DNA of 64,000 nt. Source: an uncultured Gammaproteobacteria bacterium (GTDB taxonomy: Bacteria > Patescibacteriota > Microgenomatia > Levybacterales > UBA12049). Both the position numbers and the translations under genes were made by a program. The notes below the pieces were generated by a model, which was not told the DNA's origin, made no database searches, and saw only the letters and a list, made by a program, of their open reading frames with translations. Shown piece by piece: positions 34,492 to 44,231 of the stretch; positions within the stretch are counted from its first letter, which is position 1, and every line of letters starts with the position of its first letter. The stretch is from NCBI GenBank assembly GCA_964497535.1, contig CAZCCG010000001.1, positions 194,858 through 258,857 of the forward strand, in the 5' to 3' direction.

Positions 34492-35420
34492 GAAAAACAT
34501 CGTTAAGTATTATTATTCCAGTCTACAATGAAGAAGAGAGTTTGGTGGAATTACAGCAAAAACTCGAGACTGCTTTGAAAAAACATGATATCCAATTTGA
34601 ATCCATTTATGTAGATGATGGAAGTAGTGATACTTCATTTAAAGTGCTGAGAAAAATAAAGAGAAAGACCAAACATCGGGTAAAAATTGTCCGTCTCAGA
34701 AAAAATATGGGTAAATCTGCAGCAATGGCTGTCGGATTTACCTATGCATCATACCAAATAGTAGTTACTATTGACGCGGATTTACAAGATGATCCTGGGG
34801 AGATAGTAAAACTTCTGAAGAAGTATTATGAAGGATATGATTTGGTTTGCGGATGGAGAGCTCTACGCAAGGATGCATGGCATAAAAAAATTCTTTCTCA
34901 AGTCTATAATACTGTGTTATCCAAGACTACGGGTGTAACATTACACGATTTCAACACGGGACTGAAATTATTCTCTAAAAAAATTATAAATGAAATTGAA
35001 TTGTATGGAGAGTTGCATAGATTTATTCCTGTGTTAGCAGCATCACGGGGATTTAAAGTGACAGAGGTGGTTGTCAAGCATCATAAAAGAAAACATGGGA
35101 AATCAAAGTATGGTCCGAAACGAATATTTAAAGCATCCCTGGATTTTTTAGTGACTCTGTTTTTTATATCGTTCAAACGTCAACCGATGCAGCTTTTTGG
35201 TTTTATCGGCGGTGTTTTCACACTTATCGCAATCATTATATTACTGTATCTCTCCCTACTTCATTTCATGGGATATAGTATTGGCACACGGCCATTATTA
35301 TTAGGGGGAGCATTACTTCTTCTCTTTGGTATCCAACTTGCATTAACTGGGTTAGTTGCCGAACTGGTTACCAGCTATAACCAAAAGAAAGAACTATATC
35401 CCATTGATATGGTTCACTAA
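34488..35420 (+). CDS. GT2 polyprenol-phosphate glycosyltransferase (ArnC/GtrB/DPM1-like)
   Basis: 310 aa. LSIIIPVYNEEESL...YVDDGSSDTS...IDADLQDDP, plus two C-terminal TM helices. Confidence 0.85.
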   Translation: MRKTSLSIIIPVYNEEESLVELQQKLETALKKHDIQFESIYVDDGSSDTSFKVLRKIKRKTKHRVKIVRLRKNMGKSAAMAVGFTYASYQIVVTIDADLQDDPGEIVKLLKKYYEGYDLVCGWRALRKDAWHKKILSQVYNTVLSKTTGVTLHDFNTGLKLFSKKIINEIELYGELHRFIPVLAASRGFKVTEVVVKHHKRKHGKSKYGPKRIFKASLDFLVTLFFISFKRQPMQLFGFIGGVFTLIAIIILLYLSLLHFMGYSIGTRPLLLGGALLLLFGIQLALTGLVAELVTSYNQKKELYPIDMVH

Positions 35421-35427
35421 AATCAGT

Positions 35428-35697
35428 ATGAATATAACAATAGATTATTGGGTAGTATTCGGATTTTTCGCACAGTTTATTTTCTTCTTGCGGTTTGTTA
35501 TTCAATGGATTGTTTCAGAAAAACAAAAAAGAAGTATTATTCCTGTAAGCTTTTGGTATTTAAGCATTTTTGGATCAATTCTTATACTGATTTATGCAAT
35601 TCAACGGGGAGATCCAGTATTTATCGCAGGACAATTTTTAGCACTGATTATCTACATCAGAAATATTATGCTTCGGGCACACGCACAGAACGCGTAA
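35428..35697 (+). CDS. LAB_N (lipid-A-biosynthesis N-terminal domain) small membrane protein
   Basis: YWVVFGFFAQFIFFLRFVIQWIVSEKQKRSIIPVSFWYLSIFGSILILIYAIQRGDPVFIAGQFLALIIYIRNI matches PF07578. The track ORF starts earlier at 35356. Confidence 0.7.
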   Translation: MNITIDYWVVFGFFAQFIFFLRFVIQWIVSEKQKRSIIPVSFWYLSIFGSILILIYAIQRGDPVFIAGQFLALIIYIRNIMLRAHAQNA

Positions 35698-35887
35698 TGT
35701 ATCTCTCGTTCTTCTCACATATTGAATCGGCTTTTTGTATTACTTCTACGCGGGTACACTATATCTGCTATAGTATAAGAAGGAAAAAATTCTTGATTTG
35801 TTGTGAAAATGCGTAAGGAATTAATGATCTCTTCTGCTTCCTTGTTTTACTTAGCTACTGTAATTTATTCAAATAAACTATAACATT

Positions 35888-37318
35888 ATGAAAGTTCTTT
35901 TTACGGTTTGGGAACTGGATCCCTTTTTCAAGATTGGAGGATTGGGTGATGTTGCACGTGCTCTGCCAGGTGCCTTAAAAAAATTAGGGGTCGATATTCG
36001 TGTCATGGTTCCCTATTACAAGGTGGTAAAAATGGGGAAAAACAAAAAAGTACTAAAAGCTAAATTCCACATGCATTATGCAGGAAGAAAGCATGCAGTC
36101 GAAGTTTGGGAAGTAACACATCCGTATATGCAAGTTACTGCGTATTTTCTCAAAAACAGTAAATATTTAGATACAGTAGGGACTGTCGATACCTGGGGAT
36201 TTTTTGATAAAGCAGTTGTTGAAATTGTAAAAAATAATATTCTTAATTGGCAACCTGATATTATTCATCTGAACGATTGTCATTGCGGGCTTATTCCTCT
36301 GCTTCTAAAACTTGAAAAACTACCGGTAAAAACCATGCTTACGATTCATAATCTTGCGTATCAGAAAAAGACTTCGATGGAAGTTATCAAGAATATGGGT
36401 ATTGATCCAAAAAAATCCAGAGCGTTACTATGGGAAATTAAAGAGAAAAAAATTAATTTACTGATGGAAGGGATTATTCATGCGGATATTATTACCACCG
36501 TTTCCCCTTCATATGCAAAAGAAATATTATCTGAGGAATTTGGTGCAGGGCTCAATGAAGTTCTTCGGGGCAGAGAAGGAAAGATTTTTGGTATTCTCAA
36601 TGGTATTGATATCGACTGGAGTCATACCACGCATGACACCGCAGTAAAATATCCCTATGGGTTCAGTGAAAAACGGGTAGATGGCAAAATACAATATTAT
36701 GATTGGAAAGAAGGGAAAAGACTCAATAAAAAATTTATTCAAAAGAAGTTAAAACTGAAAGTTGATAGCAATATACCCATGATTTGCTTTATTGGACGGA
36801 TTGATGCGTTGCAAAAAGGGCTTGATATTCTTCATACGATGTTGCGACGTATTGACCAAACGCAATTTCAATTTGTAATTTTGGGAAGCGGTGATCCTGA
36901 TTGGGAAGAACGGTACAAGTGGTTCTCAACCTTTTACCCCAAGTATATCTCGACCAATTTCCTTTTTGATGACAAGCTTGCCCATCAGATCTATGCGGCA
37001 AGCGACTTTATTGTTATACCGTCGCGGTATGAACCCTGCGGATTGATCCAAATGATTGCAATGCTTTTTGGTACCCTTCCTATCGCACATAGTACCGGAG
37101 GTCTGCGAGATAGTATTAAAGATGGGCAAAATGGATTTTTGTTTTCGCCATATAATTCAGAATCACTTGAAAGACAGGTTATAAAAGCTGTAACTTTATG
37201 GAAAAAAGATAGAGCGGGATTTGAAAAGATGGTCGAGAATGCCTTCAAGACAAATTTTTCATGGGATAAAAGTGCCGAAAAGTATCTTGCACTGTATGAA
37301 AAACTTCTGTCTACTTGA
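35888..37318 (+). CDS. glgA: glycogen/starch synthase (GT5)
   Basis: 476 aa. N-terminal ELDPFFKIGGLGDVARALP and the C-terminal GT-B domain. Confidence 0.85.
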   Translation: MKVLFTVWELDPFFKIGGLGDVARALPGALKKLGVDIRVMVPYYKVVKMGKNKKVLKAKFHMHYAGRKHAVEVWEVTHPYMQVTAYFLKNSKYLDTVGTVDTWGFFDKAVVEIVKNNILNWQPDIIHLNDCHCGLIPLLLKLEKLPVKTMLTIHNLAYQKKTSMEVIKNMGIDPKKSRALLWEIKEKKINLLMEGIIHADIITTVSPSYAKEILSEEFGAGLNEVLRGREGKIFGILNGIDIDWSHTTHDTAVKYPYGFSEKRVDGKIQYYDWKEGKRLNKKFIQKKLKLKVDSNIPMICFIGRIDALQKGLDILHTMLRRIDQTQFQFVILGSGDPDWEERYKWFSTFYPKYISTNFLFDDKLAHQIYAASDFIVIPSRYEPCGLIQMIAMLFGTLPIAHSTGGLRDSIKDGQNGFLFSPYNSESLERQVIKAVTLWKKDRAGFEKMVENAFKTNFSWDKSAEKYLALYEKLLST

Positions 37319-37349
37319 CAGATTTGCTTAAGAATGTAAAGATTTATAC

Positions 37350-37544
37350 ATGGAGCAAGAGGAATCAAAAAAGAGTTCTGGGTATGGAAAACGCCCGTTA
37401 TGGCAATGGATTATTCTCTACATAATAATTGGTGGGATTCTGTATGGACTCGTTTATTATTTCTTTTTCGCAAAAAGCGGCGGATATAACTACAATTCAA
37501 ATTCTTCTCAACAAAATAATCAATATAATTCTCCTCAACAATAA
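37350..37544 (+). CDS. small membrane protein with Asn/Gln/Ser-rich tail
   Basis: 64 aa, one TM. Low-complexity tail. Confidence 0.3.
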   Translation: MEQEESKKSSGYGKRPLWQWIILYIIIGGILYGLVYYFFFAKSGGYNYNSNSSQQNNQYNSPQQ

Positions 37545-37568
37545 TCCTACTATAATAATTTCTTGAAA

Positions 37569-38054
37569 TTATTTTTTCAGTGTAAAAATAGCAATAAGCC
37601 GGAAGTCATTCTTTTCTTGAATATATGCTTTTCCCAGGTATTCATTTTTTCCGATACATACCAGCTCATCAACAATAGATCTTATTTGGGTAGGATTTGG
37701 AGAGATGTCATAATTGAGTTGCATAACATCAATTGAGTCTCTAATACTTTTTCGTATTCTGGTTTGGAAGGGATAGATATGAATTCTATGTTTTTCTTGT
37801 TCCAAAATGCCTTTGTCTCCATATTTCCACTTGATAATGGGCAAAAGAGCAGGGGATATGAAGTTATATCCCTGGAGAGTATTCTTTTCAAAGTTTTTAC
37901 CGTACCATGGAAGCCAAAACTTTAAAATAATACTTCCAATGTGCTCAATAAGAGTTTGGGGTATAAATTGATTCAAGCTGCCATGATAAAATCCGTTGAG
38001 GTCTTTGGGTGGGGTACCTGTTAGAAATAATTGTTGTAATGCCGCGTTTTCCAA
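37569..38054 (-). CDS. hypothetical protein
   Basis: 161 aa. No recognisable motif. Confidence 0.45.
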   Translation of the reverse strand: MENAALQQLFLTGTPPKDLNGFYHGSLNQFIPQTLIEHIGSIILKFWLPWYGKNFEKNTLQGYNFISPALLPIIKWKYGDKGILEQEKHRIHIYPFQTRIRKSIRDSIDVMQLNYDISPNPTQIRSIVDELVCIGKNEYLGKAYIQEKNDFRLIAIFTLKK

Positions 38055-38056
38055 GG

Positions 38057-38551
38057 TTATTCAGTTTTCGTTTTTGAAGCCTTTTTAGATGCTTTTTTCT
38101 TTTTTGCGGGGAGAGTAGCTGTTTCTTCAGGTTTTTGCTCTTTTATCTCCGGTACCACTTTTTCTGCTGTAACTACTGCGGCGGTTTTGACGGGAGCTAT
38201 CGGTGTCAATAGTTTTAAAATTTTGTCGAGCTTGATATTGAGGGATTCCAATTGGTCTTTATAATTTGGTTGTTGACTGTTGTCTCGATTTTCGTTTCTG
38301 TTATCAAAACTCGGTCTTCTGAAATCTCTTCTCTCCGGTCTTCGTGAATCCGGACCACCATTTTCTCTAAAACAATCAGTGCAAAAAATTGGTTTCCCAC
38401 TGGTTGGTCTAAATGGTACTTCGCATTCTTTTCCACATCTACTGCATATTGCTTTGTGCATTTCTCTATCCTGATTTTGGCCACCCTCAAAGTTTCTTTT
38501 CCCAAAGTTGCGGCCGCCACCTGACCTGTTATTTCGATTAAAATCTCTCAT
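38057..38551 (-). CDS. zinc-ribbon (CxxC-x17-CxxC) protein with Arg/Gly-rich N-terminus and Lys-rich C-terminus
   Basis: 164 aa. CSRCGKECEVPFRPTSGKPIFCTDCF. An N-terminal RGG-like segment and a C-terminal KKKKASKKASK tail. Likely nucleic-acid binding. Confidence 0.5.
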   Translation of the reverse strand: MRDFNRNNRSGGGRNFGKRNFEGGQNQDREMHKAICSRCGKECEVPFRPTSGKPIFCTDCFRENGGPDSRRPERRDFRRPSFDNRNENRDNSQQPNYKDQLESLNIKLDKILKLLTPIAPVKTAAVVTAEKVVPEIKEQKPEETATLPAKKKKASKKASKTKTE

Positions 38552-38612
38552 ATCCTATATTATACCATTTAATTACCTAAATAGCTCGTATCATATTTGT
38601 TATAATTTGTGC

Positions 38613-39191
38613 ATGATAAAAACAATTGTTTTTGATTTTGCAGGAGTTATAGCACCGGGTATTATTATGAGTTGGTTAAAAAGGAACCTTACACGAGATG
38701 ATCCGCGATATAAAAAGTTTCATGAGGCAAGTAATAAGTGGGATCTAGGACAAGTAACTATTGAAGAGTTTTATGCATTGCTTTCAGATATTACCGATAT
38801 TCCAACAGGGTCTATACAAAAAGAACTATACGAAAATTCTACATATCATATAGAAGTTATCGATATAGTAAAAAGATTGAAAAAAAACTATAAAATAATT
38901 CTTTTTTCCAATAATTTTGCGCATAATGTGTATCAGCTATTGGACAGACATGATATAAAAGGTTTATTTGATGAGATTATTATTTCTTCAGAGCACAACA
39001 TGAAAAAACCAGATTCTAGGTTTTATCAAATGATGTTGTCTATAGCAAATGCAAAGAAAAATGAGGTTATTTTTATTGATGACACACAGGAAAATGTTGA
39101 TGCAGGTACTATGTTAGGGATACAATCATTTTTGTATAAAGATCATGATCAATTAATCAGAGACTTGACGAGTCAGGGAATAGTTCTATAA
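38613..39191 (+). CDS. HAD-IA family hydrolase
   Basis: Internal start MIKTIVFDFAGVIA (motif I DxD variant), motif III K, motif IV FIDDTQENVDAG. The track ORF begins at 38508. Confidence 0.7.
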   Translation: MIKTIVFDFAGVIAPGIIMSWLKRNLTRDDPRYKKFHEASNKWDLGQVTIEEFYALLSDITDIPTGSIQKELYENSTYHIEVIDIVKRLKKNYKIILFSNNFAHNVYQLLDRHDIKGLFDEIIISSEHNMKKPDSRFYQMMLSIANAKKNEVIFIDDTQENVDAGTMLGIQSFLYKDHDQLIRDLTSQGIVL

Positions 39192-39221
39192 CTGTTTGTG
39201 CTCTCAGATATAATAAAAAGG

Positions 39222-39752
39222 TTATAGGCATCCTGACCATGCTCGTTGCCCGCCGCTTGAGACATAATAGGCAGCTGTTTTGATTGCTTCCTCTGCATTC
39301 TTGCGAAGTCCCGGGTCAGTATTCTCTCCCATGCGTGTTCGCACCGTAGTCCATGTCTGTTCCAGGAATTGAAACATCCCGGCATAGGGGCCATTTTCAC
39401 TTTGGGTATTAAATCCGGCTTCGCATTTGGCAATTCGTTTCAATAGGTCTGAATCCACATGATACTGGTCAGCATATTTTCTAAAGATACTATCCAAATC
39501 TGTGGGAGCAACTACGGGAAGTGGCGTCGGTGTTGGGGTTTGAGTAGGAAGTGGCGTCGGTGTTTCTGTAGGAAGAGGAGTCGGAGTACTGGTGAGTAAT
39601 GGAGTCGGAGTGGCAGTCGGTGTGGGAGAATTTTGTGCAAGCGGGCTGATAATGTGTGTTTGTGATTCAGCCTTAAGCATCTGGGTGCCTGCATTGAATG
39701 GTTGTATGCCTGAAAATACTGCAAATGTAAATGCTACAACTTCAAATACCAT
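39222..39752 (-). CDS. secreted Rpf-like transglycosylase (transglycosylase-like domain) with Pro/Thr-repeat linker
   Basis: 176 aa. Signal peptide, TPTPLPT repeats (a DNA tandem repeat at 39480-39620), and C-terminal IAKCEAGFN...YAGMFQFLEQTW...AWSGC. Confidence 0.7.
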   Translation of the reverse strand: MVFEVVAFTFAVFSGIQPFNAGTQMLKAESQTHIISPLAQNSPTPTATPTPLLTSTPTPLPTETPTPLPTQTPTPTPLPVVAPTDLDSIFRKYADQYHVDSDLLKRIAKCEAGFNTQSENGPYAGMFQFLEQTWTTVRTRMGENTDPGLRKNAEEAIKTAAYYVSSGGQRAWSGCL

Positions 39753-39769
39753 ACCGTTATACTACCACA

Positions 39770-40519
39770 TTAGATTGGTTCTTGATAAATTACGTCTTCC
39801 ACTACACCCAATATTCTCGTATGAAGATGGGGGAATTCAAGCGTTTTACCTGTTGTTCTGATTCTTTTTCGTAGCTCTCCAAGCGTAGGTAGGTTTTGGT
39901 CATCATATCTTTGGGAGGGTTCTTGGGGTGAGCCAAACAAACTATAAATCGGGTCATCCGTAATTTGGTGCGGATAATCGGACAGCTTGGGAAGCTCCTG
40001 TCCATAACGGATCCGTTCCCGTTTTGTTTTTGAAGATTCTTTCTCGTGATACTCACTCCATGAGTCATATCGTTTCTCGGATAAATGCATTGTTTTCGTG
40101 CATAAAAAACTCCCACACATACAATTGTGAATACAGGGATCACACCATTTGTCCAGAGGACTGAGCAGATAAGAAACGGTCAATTCCTCGCCTGCAAAAA
40201 TATGCCGAAGGGCAAAAAAAAGTGTATGGCCACGATAGGTATACATCCAACAATTTGGAGTGCATGAATGGTTGATCAGATGAATACCGGGTTTTTTGAT
40301 ATCAGTAGGGTAAATTGAGGCTCTGTCATGATAATACATCAGATATAATTCATCATCTTTTTCATAGATAGTCTCCTCAGCTGTCTTTAAAACACGTCCC
40401 AGATAGTCACCGATAATAGTGCCCGGATTAATATCTTTTTTCGCAAAAACCCCTCTGCCTTTTTTCTCCGTAGTTTTAATTTTCCAGTAATCTTTTGTGA
40501 GCAAAAACATAGAATTCAT
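39770..40519 (-). CDS. SET-domain protein (putative protein lysine methyltransferase)
   Basis: GRGVFAKKDINPGTIIGDYLG, NHSCTPNC, GEELTVSY and a post-SET Cys cluster CDPCIHNCMCGSFLC. The track ORF (to 40576) opens with TTG. Confidence 0.75.
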   Translation of the reverse strand: MNSMFLLTKDYWKIKTTEKKGRGVFAKKDINPGTIIGDYLGRVLKTAEETIYEKDDELYLMYYHDRASIYPTDIKKPGIHLINHSCTPNCWMYTYRGHTLFFALRHIFAGEELTVSYLLSPLDKWCDPCIHNCMCGSFLCTKTMHLSEKRYDSWSEYHEKESSKTKRERIRYGQELPKLSDYPHQITDDPIYSLFGSPQEPSQRYDDQNLPTLGELRKRIRTTGKTLEFPHLHTRILGVVEDVIYQEPI

Positions 40520-40602
40520 TCTATCATATAGAGGAGATGAAAGAAAAAATGAGGCTAGTTCATGCCTGCAGCCCAAAACCTATAGTCATTGACAACTGCT
40601 GT

Positions 40603-40637
40603 ATAATGTGCTATAATGCGTCTATTGCAGGTATAAA
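40603..40637 (+). promoter_or_regulatory. consensus sigma70 promoter (TTGACA-N17-TATAAT) with a roughly 145 nt 5' UTR for the DEAD-box helicase gene
   Basis: TTGACAACTGCTGTATAATGTGCTATAATG. Confidence 0.65.
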
Positions 40638-40782
40638 GGAATATATCTGCTTAATTTTGGCCTCGTTTGAAAAGTTAAGATTAAGATACCTCACTATATT
40701 TTAATTATTTGTATCCCGATCTTCTTATTCACAACCAGTAGTTCTTATTTAGGCAGTTATATTCCTTTACGGCATTACAACT

Positions 40783-41940
40783 ATGTTTAGAAAGTCGTTC
40801 CAACAAAGAAATCGTTTTGCACCACGCAAAGCAAAAGTAAAAACTATGGATCCAACCCTATTGGTTCGTAGTGCGGTAGAAACCAGAGCGCAACCAACTC
40901 CTCATATAGCACATCAATTTGCCGATTTTCTTATTAGTGATCAAATCAAAAGAAACATTGCAGCCAAAGGATACACAACGCCCAGTCCTATTCAGGATCA
41001 AGTTATTCCTCTCGTTTTGGCAGGCAGAGATGTCGTTGGTATCGCAAATACAGGAACGGGTAAAACAGCTGCATTTTTAGTACCTCTGATTAATAAGATT
41101 TTATATAACCGATCTGAAAAGGTATTGGTTGTAGCACCCACACGAGAACTTGCCGTCCAAATTCAGGATGAACTGAAATCTTTTTCTGCCGGCATGAATA
41201 TTTTCTCAGTTCTTTGTATTGGTGGAGTCAGTATGTATAACCAGATACAGGGATTGCGAAGAAATCCCAATTTTGTGATCGGAACTCCAGGACGATTAAA
41301 GGATCTCAAAAATCAAGGAAGACTTTCCATTGCTTCATGTCAGACGATTGTTCTGGATGAAGTTGACCGCATGTTGGATATGGGATTTATTAACGATGTG
41401 CGATTTCTTATGTCTCATTTACCCAAAATTCGACAATCATTATTTTTTTCAGCAACCTTATCTCCTGAAATTAAAACTATTATTCATACCTTTGCGCAAA
41501 ACCCTGCAATGATTTCGGTAAAAGTCCAGGAAACTGCGTCCAATGTAGACCAGGATATTATAAAAACCCATGGACGACCAAAGTTTGATGTACTTCATGA
41601 TTTACTCAGACAAGATGGGCTTGATAAAGTTATTGTTTTTGGACGTACCAAATGGGGAATAGAAAAATTAGCAAAACAACTGAACATTAAAGGATTGTCA
41701 GTTGTAGCGCTTCATGGTAATAAGAATCAAAATCAACGTCAAAGAGCATTGGAACAATTTCGCCGTAATGAAGTATCCATTCTTTTGGCAACAGATATTG
41801 TTGCTCGGGGTATTGATATTGATGATGTAACCCATGTTATCAATTATGATATACCGCCAACGTACGAAGATTATGTCCATCGTATTGGAAGAACTGGCAG
41901 AGCCCAAAAAAAAGGTATTGCCCTTACATTTGTTGATTAA
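40783..41940 (+). CDS. DEAD-box ATP-dependent RNA helicase
   Basis: 385 aa. Q-motif, GTGKT, PTRELA, DEVD(R), SAT, and HRIGRTGRA. Confidence 0.9.
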   Translation: MFRKSFQQRNRFAPRKAKVKTMDPTLLVRSAVETRAQPTPHIAHQFADFLISDQIKRNIAAKGYTTPSPIQDQVIPLVLAGRDVVGIANTGTGKTAAFLVPLINKILYNRSEKVLVVAPTRELAVQIQDELKSFSAGMNIFSVLCIGGVSMYNQIQGLRRNPNFVIGTPGRLKDLKNQGRLSIASCQTIVLDEVDRMLDMGFINDVRFLMSHLPKIRQSLFFSATLSPEIKTIIHTFAQNPAMISVKVQETASNVDQDIIKTHGRPKFDVLHDLLRQDGLDKVIVFGRTKWGIEKLAKQLNIKGLSVVALHGNKNQNQRQRALEQFRRNEVSILLATDIVARGIDIDDVTHVINYDIPPTYEDYVHRIGRTGRAQKKGIALTFVD

Positions 41941-41980
41941 TCAGCCACTGCTGAGGTTGCCATTTCTTCAAAATTGTGAT

Positions 41981-42283
41981 ATGATTAATGCACACTTGGT
42001 TACATCTACTAACACATTTACTCAACAAGAAAATCCCTGTAGTCGTTGTGGTCGTGAACGGATCATTACTCGGACGTGGGAAGAAACATTCGAGACATTC
42101 TCAGGTGTTATAACTGAGATCCATACGGATGCAGTATGTCCAGATCCTGAGTGTCAAGCAATTATCGATAAAGAGTTATCCGCTCAAAGGGAAAAAAGGG
42201 ACAAACAAAAACAAGAACGAGAGATTAGACTGCAAAATGTCAAAATAAATAACAAACGAAATAGTAAAAGTAAAACAGAATAA
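41981..42283 (+). CDS. small zinc-ribbon protein
   Basis: 100 aa from the internal Met. CSRCGRE...CPDPEC. Lys-rich tail. Confidence 0.4.
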   Translation: MINAHLVTSTNTFTQQENPCSRCGRERIITRTWEETFETFSGVITEIHTDAVCPDPECQAIIDKELSAQREKRDKQKQEREIRLQNVKINNKRNSKSKTE

Positions 42284-42340
42284 TAGTGTCAGTTGTTTTG
42301 CATAGCTTCGTGAATTATCTTCAACAAGTCCTCTTCAAAA

Positions 42341-43246
42341 TTGATTTCATGGTATATGATTAAAAAAATTCATATTATTGTAAATCCTGCCGCAGGAAAT
42401 GATGAACCTATTTTGGCATATTTAAATGATGCGCTTCATACGAGTAACCTAGCATGGGATATTAGTCTTACCCATAAAGATGGGGATGCACGAAAAATAG
42501 CACTTGCACAACTGCAAAAGAATAATGATCTCATTGCCGTATATGGTGGAGATGGAACAATTATGGAAGTTGCGCAGGCGCTCTATAAAAAATCGGTTCC
42601 ACTCGCAATTCTGCCTGGAGGGACAGCAAATATATTGGCAAAGGAATTGGGAATACCGGTATCTGTACAAGATGCAATAGCGCTTTTGAAAAATTCCCGT
42701 CCTCATTTGAAAGGTATCGATATGGGACTATGTAACGATGTCCCTTTTGTGTTGAGAATAAATGCCGGAGTACTTGCAGATATGGTGCATAGTACCAAAC
42801 GGGAGTTAAAAAATAATTTAGGGCAATTGGCGTATGGTGTTTCTGCAGTAAAACATATCCTCAATCCAAAAAATGTAGTATATACAATACAGACTGGCAA
42901 AAAAAAAGTAGCTGTTGAGGGAGTATCAATGGTTGTTGCAAATTCAGGTAATATCGGAATACCCGGTTTATCTTTATTTCCTGATGTACACATTGCTGAT
43001 GGGTATTTGGATGTGATTGTATTTAAAGATGCTGATTGGCAATCACTGATACAATGGGCTTCCACGGTAGTGGCAGGTACGCCGCCTCCACAGACGCTCA
43101 GACATTGGAAAACAAAAAAAGTTTCCATAGCATTTCGACCCCAACAACTATTATTATGTGATGATAAAAAAATGCGTACCGGAAAAATTTCTCTTTCAAT
43201 TACACGAAACGCATTAAAAGTTTTGGTGCCGGAAGGGAACAAATAA
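42341..43246 (+). CDS. DAGK_cat-family lipid kinase (YegS/BmrU-like)
   Basis: 301 aa. IIVNPAAGN...VYGGDGTIMEVAQAL. Confidence 0.75.
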   Translation: MISWYMIKKIHIIVNPAAGNDEPILAYLNDALHTSNLAWDISLTHKDGDARKIALAQLQKNNDLIAVYGGDGTIMEVAQALYKKSVPLAILPGGTANILAKELGIPVSVQDAIALLKNSRPHLKGIDMGLCNDVPFVLRINAGVLADMVHSTKRELKNNLGQLAYGVSAVKHILNPKNVVYTIQTGKKKVAVEGVSMVVANSGNIGIPGLSLFPDVHIADGYLDVIVFKDADWQSLIQWASTVVAGTPPPQTLRHWKTKKVSIAFRPQQLLLCDDKKMRTGKISLSITRNALKVLVPEGNK

Positions 43247-43250
43247 AGAT

Positions 43251-43787
43251 ATGACAAGTAAACGGTTAAAAAGCTTATGGCTTTTTGCGCTGATCACAGT
43301 CAGCAGGGTTTTTGATCATGCATGGAGATTTGCAACCGGGTTGCCTACTATCAAGCGCAGTCTTATTACTCCCCAACTTTATTTGGGAGGACAGTATGGA
43401 TTCCATGCGATATCTGCTTTAAAACAACTCGGAGTTACAGGAATCGTTAATATGAGGATACATTCTATCCATCGAGATAAGGCTATTGAGGGCATAAAAA
43501 TTCTCCATTTGCCAACACCCGACAGGAAGGCTCCGACTCAGCAACAATTGCAGGAAGGGGTAGCATTTATAAAAAACGAAATTGATCATGGGGGAAAAGT
43601 ATATATCCATTGTAAATATGGGGAGGGAAGAGGACCAACTATGGTGATTGCATACTTAATCAGTACCGGATTACTTTTGGATGATGCAATTGCCCAAGTG
43701 AAATTAGTACGGCCGTTTATCAATCCACGGTCAGAGCAACTGGCAGCATTGAAAGTATTCAGTAAGAAAATTGCTTCGCAGAAATAA
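43251..43787 (+). CDS. dual-specificity protein phosphatase (CX5R) with N-terminal TM segment
   Basis: 178 aa. The P-loop IHCKYGEGRGPTMV matches HCxxGxxR(S/T). Confidence 0.7.
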   Translation: MTSKRLKSLWLFALITVSRVFDHAWRFATGLPTIKRSLITPQLYLGGQYGFHAISALKQLGVTGIVNMRIHSIHRDKAIEGIKILHLPTPDRKAPTQQQLQEGVAFIKNEIDHGGKVYIHCKYGEGRGPTMVIAYLISTGLLLDDAIAQVKLVRPFINPRSEQLAALKVFSKKIASQK

Positions 43788-43792
43788 CAATT

Positions 43793-44185
43793 CTATAATT
43801 CAAAAACAAATTTTCCGGCAAATTCGTCTGCTTCTTTTTCTTGACGGTTAATTTCCTGTTTGGTTTGTTTGACGAGAATTGAATTTCTATGCCCCAACAT
43901 TACATGACCGATTTCATGAGCAATTGACCAGTGAATTTGATTGTCATCTTGGATTAGTAGCTCATCACTCAAAAAAATTAAATGATGGTCTTTGAGATCG
44001 TTGCCGGTAAAAGTGAATGCCCATGCATCCTCCATGGATCCGAAAAACCAGCAATTTTGTGTGATAAAATCTATAATTTCAGAAGTCATGCCTGAAAGCG
44101 TTTGGCATACATGCATTTTCATGGCAAAACTACCAACCAATTTTCCCCCGAAGGCATGATAAATTATTTCAATTTTCTCGTTCAT
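43793..44185 (-). CDS. HEXXH zinc metallopeptidase-like protein (ImmA/IrrE-type)
   Basis: 130 aa. WSIAHEIGHVMLGH. Confidence 0.5.
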   Translation of the reverse strand: MNEKIEIIYHAFGGKLVGSFAMKMHVCQTLSGMTSEIIDFITQNCWFFGSMEDAWAFTFTGNDLKDHHLIFLSDELLIQDDNQIHWSIAHEIGHVMLGHRNSILVKQTKQEINRQEKEADEFAGKFVFEL

Positions 44186-44231
44186 TCAGCGTAGTTCTGT
44201 ATATATCGAAGGGTTCTGCAAAGTTTGGCGT

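Noticed and set aside
35448-35816. 122-aa plus-strand ORF after the LAB_N gene
   Set aside because: It is in a different frame overlapping the LAB_N CDS and an AT-rich intergenic region, with no motifs.
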